A DNA stretch of 64,000 nucleotides from Verrucomicrobiota bacterium (lineage in GTDB: Bacteria; Verrucomicrobiota; Verrucomicrobiia; Chthoniobacterales; UBA10450). The stretch's first letter is position 1. Each line of letters opens with the position of its first letter. This document shows positions 1 through 7,052 of the stretch, one piece after another. A model generated the notes under the pieces. That model searched no databases. It had not been told where the DNA came from and saw nothing but the letters and a program-made list of their open reading frames with translations. The stretch covers positions 22 through 64,021 of the forward strand of contig QHRO01000239.1 in NCBI GenBank assembly GCA_003220155.1, written 5' to 3'. Made by a program: the position numbers and the translations under genes.

Positions 1-13
1 CACACTCGGTGTT

Positions 14-598
14 GTGATGTTACTCTGCGGACTCGCGTTTGACGTGCCGCGACATCCCGATCTCATGAGCGCTCCGTGGCGTACCAATGTGCTCGAACCA
101 ATCGCCATTAGCTGCCTGGCGTGGCTCACGCCCGGATTGGGCGGCATTCCGGGATGGCTTGACCGGACGAGCCGCTATCTTCTTGCATTTGCGCTCATCA
201 TCTTTGGCATCGCCCACTTTCAGGTTCTCACCTTCATTGCCAGCATGGTGCCCGGCTGGATTCCCTGGCACTGGTTCTGGACTGTTTTCTTCGGCGTAGC
301 CTTCATCGCCGCGGGCGTAAGCTTCGCCACTGGATTTCTGCAGCGGTGGGCGGCTTTAGGTGTGGGACTGATGTTCGCGCTCTGGACCGTAACAATTCAT
401 CTGCCGCCTGTTCTCAACTTTTTCCGCATCCCCGGCGCAACTCAAGACCCGAACAAGTGGTCGGACGTCTTCATTGTCGTAGCGCTATGGGGAGGCTTCT
501 GGGCGCTGTTGCGCGATAGAAGAGATTTAAGCTTCGGGGCACATTCGAATCGGGCTAACCAGACGTTGCGGCGAACCGCGGACTGTTCACATGCGTAG
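14..598 (+). CDS. DoxX-like integral membrane protein (may be 5' truncated by the window edge)
   Basis: 194-aa ORF with no in-frame stop back to position 2. Four hydrophobic helices (LLAFALIIFGIAHF, FWTVFFGVAFIAAGVSF, LGVGLMFALWTVTI, VFIVVALWGGFWALL). Family call from memory only. Confidence 0.45.
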   Translation: MMLLCGLAFDVPRHPDLMSAPWRTNVLEPIAISCLAWLTPGLGGIPGWLDRTSRYLLAFALIIFGIAHFQVLTFIASMVPGWIPWHWFWTVFFGVAFIAAGVSFATGFLQRWAALGVGLMFALWTVTIHLPPVLNFFRIPGATQDPNKWSDVFIVVALWGGFWALLRDRRDLSFGAHSNRANQTLRRTADCSHA

Positions 599-662
599 GA
601 TTCACACCTTCATGAAAGCCCACTTGCAATTCGCGCGCTGGCTGATCTTTTTCTCGTTAGGG
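553..662 (+). repeat. attC-like site (degenerate)
   Basis: GGCTAAC at 553-559 overlaps the 3' end of the first ORF, and GTTAGGG is at 656-662. CTAACCAG and CTCGTTAG are partly complementary. Confidence 0.3.
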
Positions 663-735
663 GTCAACTGTCGCAGATAAATAGATTCGCAAACCAATCA
701 AGATTTAAGTTTATTTTATTTCAGAGTATCAATAA

Positions 736-1167
736 ATGAACAAAACGAAGTCTAAGCCGGCTGCAGAAGAATCAGAGGCCACACTGCCAGTGGATCTTCG
801 CAAAGCTCTCGCGGCTGCCCCGGTGGCGAAGGCTCAGTGGCGGGATCTTACGCCGATCGCGCGCAGGGATTTTATTAGTTGGATAGACTCGGCCAAACAA
901 CCGGAGACACGTAGACGCAGGATCGAGAAAGCCTGCTCGATGCTTGCGGCTGGAAAGCGACGCCCCTGCTGTTATTCAATAGTGTCATTGAGTCTTTACA
1001 CAGCCCTCGCGGCAACCCCGATGGCGAAGGCTCAGTGGAGCGATCTCACGCCAATCGAGCGCAGGGACTTTATTAGTTGGATAGACTCGGCCAAACAACC
1101 GGAGACACATAGACGCCGGATCGAGAAAGCCTGCTCGATGCTTGCAGCGGGAAAGCGACGCCCCTGA
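736..1167 (+). CDS. YdeI/OmpD-associated family protein, internally duplicated (two tandem domains)
   Basis: The motif AKAQWxDLTPIxRRDFISWIDSAKQPETxRRRIEKACSMLAAGKRRP occurs twice. This matches the C-terminal YdeI/bacteriocin-protection domain as I remember it. Confidence 0.7.
   Translation: MNKTKSKPAAEESEATLPVDLRKALAAAPVAKAQWRDLTPIARRDFISWIDSAKQPETRRRRIEKACSMLAAGKRRPCCYSIVSLSLYTALAATPMAKAQWSDLTPIERRDFISWIDSAKQPETHRRRIEKACSMLAAGKRRP
808..1166 (+). repeat. Tandem direct duplication, period 198 bp
   Basis: 808-968 and 1006-1166 are near-identical. Copy 1 has TGC where copy 2 has the TGA stop. Confidence 0.85.
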
Positions 1168-1531
1168 TGTTTTTCAATCTCTGAAGTGGTCCAATCTCGA
1201 GCAGCCGGAGGGCAACCAAGTGCTCGTCGTATAGGCGCAATTCGGCCGTGTCTTCGTGTATCACAACGGTGCGCAGTCTTACTATAGCGCCAGGGCGTTC
1301 CGTGGCTCGCTAAGGGTCTAGATTTATACCGTGAATTTAGCATTTCTTGAGGTTGGGGAAGTTTGTCGTCTGGAAGAACTGTTTTCAGATCCCTGTCGAT
1401 TGGGAAATCGATGCGCTGCAGCGAACCCAGCACTCTGTTGCGATCACCGACAACATGTGCACCTTAAATGTCAAAGTGCTGGGTCATGATTAAACTATTT
1501 CCAGAGATAGCCAGCCCCGAATGCTTTCGGG

Positions 1532-1614
1532 GCTGAGCTTGAGTTCGTTAAGTGCACTCAGCAGCAGCGACGCTGCAGTGAACCCGTGAGCAGTTGAGCT
1601 TGAGCTCGTTAGGC
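1532..1614 (+). repeat. Two direct copies of an attC right end (L'-R')
   Basis: GCTGAGCTTGAGTTCGTTAAGT (1532-1553) and GTTGAGCTTGAGCTCGTTAGGC (1593-1614), 61 nt apart. The left partners are unclear. Confidence 0.35.
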
Positions 1615-1640
1615 TCTTTTTGTGTAATCCTAGACCACAC

Positions 1641-2318
1641 ATGGGCTTCGATACTGCAGTCAAGTTGACCATCTACACCTTTACGGCTGAATCGGGCCGC
1701 ATTCCGTCAATCCAGGCCGTGGCTCAGCGCGTCCAGACCTCGACCGACGAGGTCGCTCAGGCCTATGCCCGCCTTCGCGCCAGTCGCCTCCTCTTTCTTG
1801 AGCCTGATGGGACTACCATCCGCATGGCTCCGCCATTCTCCGGCGTGCCTACCCAGCATCGCGTTGTCGTCGACGGCATCGAGTACTTTGCTAACTGCGC
1901 ATGGGACGCTCTCGGGATTCCCGCAGCCCTTCATCGTCCGGGAACGGTCCGCTCGCGGTGCGAACAGAGCCACGAACCGCTGAATCTGTCTGTCGGTCTC
2001 ACCGGACCTGAGCCTTCGACGTGGCTCTTTCACTGCCTGGTCCCTGCGGCCAAGTGGTGGGATGATCTGGTCTTTACCTGAAACAATATGCTCTTCTTTC
2101 GGTCGGAAGAACTCATTCGAGAATGGTGCAGGGCCCGAGCGGTCGAGCCCCGACCGATCGTGCGAATGGACCAATTATGGCAGCTGGCAGTGACTTGGTA
2201 TGGCGCCCGGCTCGAGCCCGTCTCCCGTCGCCCGGCAGCCAATGAGATGCGCGAGATCTTCGCCAGGCTCGGCCTGCACGACGCCTTTTGGGATCCCCAG
2301 GCAGACACCTTCCAGTGA
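1641..2318 (+). CDS. MerB-family (alkylmercury-lyase-like) protein with in-frame TGA at 2079-2081: candidate selenocysteine codon, or a nonsense mutation
   Basis: ORFs 1620-2081 and 2088-2318 share one frame. They are separated only by the TGA stop and two sense codons (AAC AAT). YFANCAWDALGIPAAL resembles MerB LYAWCALDTLIFPAL (Cys96/Asp99). VFT-TGA-NNMLFFRSEELIREW resembles MerB SFCCHVHFFASVPTAEDW (Cys159). Confidence 0.6.
2088..2124 (+). promoter_or_regulatory. SECIS-like hairpin downstream of the in-frame UGA
   Basis: Upper stem 2094-2100 (UUCUUUC) pairs with 2105-2111 (GGAAGAA): 7 bp including one G-U. The loop at 2101-2104 is GGUC. The stem starts 12 nt after the UGA. A possible lower stem is AUGCUC (2088-2093) with GAGAAU (2119-2124), which has one mismatch. 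Confidence 0.45.
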
Positions 2319-2325
2319 GAACGCA

Positions 2326-2418
2326 GCCTAACGACACGTATAGAGCGTGAGGTATCTTACTCGACAATGCCTCGCCTCCTCTCAAAGTGCCGGGTCCCTG
2401 GCCTTTTGCTCGTTAGGC
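2326..2418 (+). repeat. attC-like recombination site (93 nt)
   Basis: GCCTAACGA (2326-2334) is perfectly complementary to TCGTTAGGC (2410-2418). It starts 8 nt after the MerB-like stop and ends 11 nt before the next ATG. Confidence 0.6.
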
Positions 2419-2429
2419 ACAAGGGATTT

Positions 2430-2897
2430 ATGAACCAGATAATTGTACTCGCTGCAAATTTGGCGCTGGTCGCAGGGTTCGCTTCGGCGCAACCGGGGTC
2501 ATCAAAACTCGACACAGGAAAGGAATTGGTTGCCCAGCTTTATAAGGAACACTCTGGAAAGTCCGACCCATTGCAGTACCCAGCCAGCAAGAAACTACTT
2601 CCAAACTATTTTTACAAACCGCTCCTTGACCTCTATCTTAAGGACCAAGAGGACTCAAAAGGCGAAGTAGGTAAGATCGACTTCGACCCCCTCTACAATG
2701 CGCAGGATTTTGAAATCTCGGCTTTCAAGCTGGTCGTGCTCCCTAATAAAAAAGGCTCAGCGTACGTGGCCGCCCGATTTAAGAATATAGGGGTCGACCA
2801 AGAGATCATCTTCGCACTTCAGCGAACGAAAATGGGATGGCGCATCGCTGACATTCAATACCAGGACGGGCGTTCGCTTTGGAAAATATTGAAGTGA
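2430..2897 (+). CDS. Secreted DUF3828-like protein
   Basis: Signal peptide MNQIIVLAANLALVAGFASAQ. Contains DFDPLYNAQDF and a C-terminal GWRIADIQ motif. The start was moved from 2367 to the ATG at 2430, because the upstream codons lie inside the attC site. Confidence 0.55.
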   Translation: MNQIIVLAANLALVAGFASAQPGSSKLDTGKELVAQLYKEHSGKSDPLQYPASKKLLPNYFYKPLLDLYLKDQEDSKGEVGKIDFDPLYNAQDFEISAFKLVVLPNKKGSAYVAARFKNIGVDQEIIFALQRTKMGWRIADIQYQDGRSLWKILK

Positions 2898-2907
2898 TAG
2901 GGCTTGT

Positions 2908-2985
2908 GCCTAACAACGCGCTTCAGTCAACGTCACGCCGCCGCTGCGCGTCGGTGTGGGAGCGGCTGAGCTTCGTACGTTAGAC
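2908..2985 (+). repeat. attC-like recombination site (78 nt)
   Basis: GCCTAAC (2908-2914) and GTTAGAC (2979-2985). Internal arms CTTCAGTC/GGCTGAGC and CACGCCGCC/GTCGGTGTG give an imperfect palindrome along the whole length, with unpaired bases. Confidence 0.65.
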
Positions 2986-2998
2986 GTTTCCCTTTCTC

Positions 2999-3493
2999 AT
3001 GAAACGACACTTCTTCTTGTCCGCCGCTCTCGTTGCCCTGCTCGTCATTGCCGAGGTAGCACTTGCGTCTGATGTGGCAGTTTCATCGCAGGCATCAAAA
3101 GATGAGCAAACCATCTGGGAACTTGAGCGGGCATATTGGCGCTACGTTCAGGAAAATGATTTGTCGGCCTATTCCGGCCTGTGGCACAAGGATTTTCTGG
3201 GCTGGCCGTCAGTCAGTGCCGCGCCCGTTCACAAAGACCACATTACAGACTGGATTACCTCGCAAACCAGTAAGGGACTGGCGTTCAAGACCGGTGAATT
3301 CAAACCCGCCTCGATTCAGGTTACTGAGGACATCGCGGTCGCATGTTACTGGATAACGTTTAAGTGGCTGGACAAGGATGGCAATGGAGCGGCGAATACC
3401 ATCCGTATCACGCACGCGTGGCGCAGGACCGGAAACGATTGGCGCATTATAGGTGGAATGTCCATGCCGGAACCCGACACTCCCCGCAATTAA
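2999..3493 (+). CDS. Secreted NTF2-like (DUF4440/SnoaL-like) protein
   Basis: Signal peptide MKRHFFLSAALVALLVIAEVALA. Pattern WELERAYWRYVQENDLSAYSGLWHKDF. Confidence 0.6.
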   Translation: MKRHFFLSAALVALLVIAEVALASDVAVSSQASKDEQTIWELERAYWRYVQENDLSAYSGLWHKDFLGWPSVSAAPVHKDHITDWITSQTSKGLAFKTGEFKPASIQVTEDIAVACYWITFKWLDKDGNGAANTIRITHAWRRTGNDWRIIGGMSMPEPDTPRN

Positions 3494-3683
3494 TATCACA
3501 ATGAGAAGGCCTAAAAAGGCGCCGCAGCCAACTCCAAAAGCCAGGTTTATACTGACCTCCGAACTTCTATTCTCTGATCTCTCATTTTATGCTCGCTGTC
3601 GGTAGCAGTAGCTGATCTTGTTTTTCATTGAGCCATTTTCCAGACCATCCAATCAGTTTTAACGAACAGCAAGAAAGAACATT

Positions 3684-4436
3684 ATGACAAAGACGCGCAT
3701 CCCGCTGCTTTTGGTTTTGCTTGGTTTAGCTGGTAACAACCAGTTTGTCCGCGCCGCCGATCCGGATCACGCCGACCAACCAATCGTTCCTCCCACTGAA
3801 GCGATCTCCCGGCTCAAACAGGGCAATGGACGTTACACCAAAGGCAAACCGCAGCATCCACATGAGTCGATCAACGAAAGAACACGGTTGGCAACCAACA
3901 GCTATGAAAATGCGAGCTTGATCTATCCGGACATGACAAAGCGGCGCGAGGAGCTGGCAAAAAGTCAGCATCCGTTTGCTGTCGTTCTTGGCTGCTCTGA
4001 CTCGCGTGTCCCGCCTGAGATCGTGTTCGATCAAGGGCTGGGCGATCTATTTGTCCTGCGCGTGGCCGGCAACGTGATCGACGATCACAGCCTGGGCAGC
4101 ATCGAGTACGCGGTCGATCATCTGTCCGTGCGCCTGATCGTGGTGCTCGGACATCAGCGCTGCGGCGCGGTCAAGGCTGCGAAGGAGACGATCGCTGCCA
4201 AAGGCGAGGCACCCGCTCATATCCAGTCGCTGGTCACGGCGATCCAACCAGCGGTTGAAGCGACAGTCCAAGGCGACCTCGAGACGACGGTGCGTGAGAA
4301 CGTAAAGAATGTCGTGCAAGCATTACGTTCATCCGCGCCGGTTCTCAAAGCCAAGGTTGATTCCGGTGAGCTCAAGGTGGTCGGTGCTTATTACAGTCTC
4401 GATACCGGGTCGGTCGCTTTCCCGGAAGAAAAGTAA
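3684..4436 (+). CDS. Beta-class carbonic anhydrase, secreted
   Basis: Zinc-ligand motifs GCSDSRVPPE and GHQRCGAV, plus an N-terminal signal peptide. Confidence 0.9.
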   Translation: MTKTRIPLLLVLLGLAGNNQFVRAADPDHADQPIVPPTEAISRLKQGNGRYTKGKPQHPHESINERTRLATNSYENASLIYPDMTKRREELAKSQHPFAVVLGCSDSRVPPEIVFDQGLGDLFVLRVAGNVIDDHSLGSIEYAVDHLSVRLIVVLGHQRCGAVKAAKETIAAKGEAPAHIQSLVTAIQPAVEATVQGDLETTVRENVKNVVQALRSSAPVLKAKVDSGELKVVGAYYSLDTGSVAFPEEK

Positions 4437-4593
4437 ACCGTTCACAAAAGCGTAAAGCCATGAGCATCGATAGAACTGAAATCATCACGTGGATTCTGTT
4501 GATGAGCGCGGTGCTCACAGTATTCGCCCTCGTCAAGCTGAGACGAGCAACCCGATGCCACGCTGTAACGCTATGACGCTCGGCGCTTATCCT

Positions 4594-4600
4594 CGTTAGG
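4594..4600 (+). repeat. GTTAGGC core site upstream of a small ORF
   Basis: CCTCGTTAGGC lies 10 nt before the ATG at 4611. A possible short partner is CTGTAACG at 4563-4570, but that span is too short for a normal attC. Confidence 0.3.
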
Positions 4601-4610
4601 CCTTCTTCAT

Positions 4611-4832
4611 ATGAAGCTAACCAATAACAGCTATACCATCTCGATCGGCACCAAGAATTTCACTGAGCGTTATTACCGCGACAAGGCCGGTTGGTTAAAG
4701 GTGAGCGCGCGCGGCCGAACGTTCCGGATGACGGCGGAGCAGATTCTGAATCATGTCCTGCCTGCGGTAGCCGGCGTTAAACCGAACCTGACCATTAAAG
4801 TGGAACATCGCGACGCAACTCTTTCAAAATGA
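4611..4832 (+). CDS. Hypothetical small protein (73 aa)
   Basis: ORF directly after a GTTAGGC core. No family recognised. Confidence 0.35.
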   Translation: MKLTNNSYTISIGTKNFTERYYRDKAGWLKVSARGRTFRMTAEQILNHVLPAVAGVKPNLTIKVEHRDATLSK

Positions 4833-4960
4833 ACGGCGCCTCTGCGAACCAGCGCATGCACGACCTCGTGAAGTCGTCCTACGCTGACCTCAACTCTCAC
4901 GGGTGGGCGCAGGCAGTGAGTTACACGACTGAGGACTGGGTCACATCAACTCGACCCCAA
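4829..4960 (+). pseudogene. Truncated N-terminal remnant of an SgcJ/EcaC-type NTF2-like gene
   Basis: HDLVKSSYADLNSHGWAQAVSYTTEDWV parallels VREVVKAFVANYNNGDFKNAPTYTTDDWV of the 5866-6297 gene. HIN follows in a shifted frame, then homology stops at the DUF4239 gene. Confidence 0.45.
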
Positions 4961-4985
4961 AGTGCAGGTCGAAATTACGACATGT

Positions 4986-5765
4986 ATGCAATTTCTACTT
5001 AATTTGCCGTCAGCGATCTCATTTCTGATTGTCTCGGTTATTACCACCGCGGTCGCACTAGCCGGACTTCGGTTTGTGCGGAAGAAATATTCGACCGAAG
5101 CGTTGAAAGAGAACCACGAAGTAGCAGCGATAATCTTCAATGCGTTCGGCCTGCTTTACGGGGTAGTCGTCGCTTTTGTGGTGTTTGTTACCTGGAGTGG
5201 ATATGACGACGCCACCAAGAATCTGCAATTGGAAGCCAACGAGATCGATGATATTTTTCACATCTCGAAAGCATTCCCTAGCCCTGTCAATAAAATTATA
5301 CAGCAAGGATTAATAGATTATACCGCCTCCGTTTATAATGATGAGCTGAAAAGAATGTCACAGGGCGACGTAAATCTTCATTCCAACCGAGCGATGGCGA
5401 GGCTTATTACGGTGTTTTACGGAATAGATGAGAAATCGATTTCCAACAATGAGCTGTATGCCGAATCACTGAAGCGAATAAATAACCTCGCTCAGTACCG
5501 CCGACTCAGAATATTTGCAGGCAAGAACGAGGTGCCACCTGTGATCTGGTTAGTCCTACTTGTTGGCGGGACGATCACAGTTTCATACGCCTTTTTCTTT
5601 GGAATGAAGAACATAAAGGCGCAGTACATGATTACGGCCGCGCTCACGGTAACGATCACGTTGATTTTATTTCTGATATATATTCTTGACCATCCCTTTA
5701 CAGGGACAAGCAAAGTTAGTACGGAGCCTTTGAAACAGGTGATGGAGATAGTGCAGAAAGAATGA
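4986..5765 (+). CDS. DUF4239-family membrane protein
   Basis: N-terminal TM helix, AAIIFNAFGLLYGVVVAFVVFVTWSGYDDA, and two C-terminal TM helices. The start was chosen at the ATG at 4986. Confidence 0.55.
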   Translation: MQFLLNLPSAISFLIVSVITTAVALAGLRFVRKKYSTEALKENHEVAAIIFNAFGLLYGVVVAFVVFVTWSGYDDATKNLQLEANEIDDIFHISKAFPSPVNKIIQQGLIDYTASVYNDELKRMSQGDVNLHSNRAMARLITVFYGIDEKSISNNELYAESLKRINNLAQYRRLRIFAGKNEVPPVIWLVLLVGGTITVSYAFFFGMKNIKAQYMITAALTVTITLILFLIYILDHPFTGTSKVSTEPLKQVMEIVQKE

Positions 5766-5865
5766 GGGCAACGCGTCTCCGTGCCTGTTAAAATTTCCCT
5801 GGATCGGTGTTCTGTGATGACCATCAAAGGATAAAATTGCGAAGCTTCTTCTGTCCGCAGCTGGC

Positions 5866-6297
5866 TTGCTATGTCTGCTTGGGGTTGCATGGGGCGCTGA
5901 CGATGAACAGCTAGTGCGAGAAGTCGTGAAGGCCTTCGTCGCTAATTACAACAACGGAGATTTTAAGAACGCACCTACATATACAACCGATGACTGGGTG
6001 CATATCAATCCGGGAGGCGGAATTACGAGAGGACGAGATGAAGGTCTTAAAGAGGTAAGAGCCATTCACAAGACCATGTTAAAGGGAGTCTCAATCACGA
6101 TCGACAACGTGACGGTTCACTTTGTAACGCCTGACGTCGCCTTGGTTGATGCAGTTCATACGAGCGATAGTTACGTAACGCCGGAAGATGGTGTGAAGCA
6201 CGAGAACGAAAGGCAGATAAAGACCTACTTGATAGTAAAGCGCAATGGCAAGTGGTTGTTGGTGCTTGACCAGAACACCATCATTTCCAATCCATGA
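5866..6297 (+). CDS. SgcJ/EcaC-family NTF2-like protein
   Basis: TDDWVHINPGGG ... NGKWLLVLDQNT. The hydrophobic leader continues upstream with no canonical start, so the start is uncertain. Confidence 0.65.
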   Translation: MLCLLGVAWGADDEQLVREVVKAFVANYNNGDFKNAPTYTTDDWVHINPGGGITRGRDEGLKEVRAIHKTMLKGVSITIDNVTVHFVTPDVALVDAVHTSDSYVTPEDGVKHENERQIKTYLIVKRNGKWLLVLDQNTIISNP

Positions 6298-6314
6298 ACG
6301 GTGTTCTGGGAGGA

Positions 6315-6424
6315 GGCCAACAGGATCGCTGGCCGGGTCAAGACATCGACAACATGACTACTGACCACAGACCACGAAGTATGCTCGCTTTCGCCGGCGG
6401 TAGCTGAGCTCCGTCTCGCTAGGC
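6315..6424 (+). repeat. attC-like site (degenerate)
   Basis: GGCCAAC at 6315-6321, 18 nt after the stop. GCTGAGCTCCGTCTCGCTAGGC ends at 6424, 11 nt before the next ATG. Confidence 0.3.
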
Positions 6425-6435
6425 GAAATTCCATT

Positions 6436-6863
6436 ATGGCTCTCCTGTCTCATCTTGATGCCTTTTGCAATTGGCTCCGCACTCGTGTACGCGCGCATGT
6501 TTCCATTGGAAGACCTGATAAGGCACTTACCGGTATATACGTTTTGCCATGGTACGCGGTGCCGAATCTACAAAAGCGAAATATGCCTCGGATGCCTGGC
6601 CTCGAGGAAACTGTTGGTGACTTTGAGGCGCAAACCTTCGACATCCACTTTCTGCTATGGCGACGCCTGCCGACACTGTTGAAGCGTTCGCGAGCTTGGA
6701 AGCCGCACAACAGGCGATCCATGATAATCCTATCTTGATCTTGAATGCCGCTGGCGCACAGCTCAAGGTGATAGCAGAGCAAGTCCCCAACGGTGATCTG
6801 GCAGCCATATTTACGGCCGCGAGGCTGGAGCTAACTATTTGCTTAGCTTATGTGTTGAGGTGA
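6436..6863 (+). pseudogene. DUF4255 (Pvc16 N-terminal domain)-like gene, frameshifted near 6652
   Basis: Frame 1 gives IGRPDKALTGIYVLPWYAVPNLQKRN...FDIHFLLW. Frame 0 continues TPADTVEAFASLEAAQQAIHDNPILI. Together these resemble DUF4255 as I remember it. Confidence 0.4.
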
Positions 6864-7052
6864 CGTATTTTCTCAGGCTAACGCCATGCCGCTTAGAGGC
6901 GGGTACAGCGAACTCCTGGCCGGCGCAAACGTCGCCGTCTTGCTCTGTCTTAGAACTGATCCCCGTGGCTGGAGGCACTGGGATGCTTTACCTCACGCGC
7001 CGCAAGAAGTTGAGCATGTCGCCAAGGTCCGCGGCGAGTTCGTGGGAAGTAC

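Larger units (their letters stand above)
553..6424 (+). mobile_element. Integron-type gene-cassette array (no integrase in window)
   Basis: All ORFs are on the + strand, short and functionally unrelated. Boundaries carry GCCTAAC...GTTAGGC/GTTAGAC imperfect palindromes (2326-2418, 2908-2985). More degenerate sites end in GTTAGGG (656-662), GTTAAGT (1547-1553), GTTAGGC (1608-1614, 4594-4600) and GCTAGGC (6418-6424). A GCTGAGCT box recurs just upstream of four of the right-hand core sites. Confidence 0.55.

Noticed and set aside
1032-1433. Minus-strand ORFs 1032-1433 and 1073-1264 in the 3' part of the YdeI cassette, considered as a possible degraded reverse-oriented toxin gene.
   Set aside because: They overlap the well-supported YdeI ORF, need a frameshift to join, and match no family I can name.
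3565-3578. Shared 14-nt motif TTCTATYCTCTGAT, upstream of the carbonic anhydrase gene (3565-3578) and of the aldo/keto reductase gene (16306-16319).
   Set aside because: A 13-of-14 match between two low-complexity pyrimidine-rich tracts is expected by chance many times in 64 kb on both strands. The distances to the start codons also differ (about 105 nt versus 12 nt).
4450-4560. 36-codon ORF (MSIDRTEIITWILLMSAVLTVFALVKLRRATRCHAV) with one TM helix, downstream of the carbonic anhydrase gene.
   Set aside because: It is too short to support from sequence alone. It lies where a degenerate attC would be expected.
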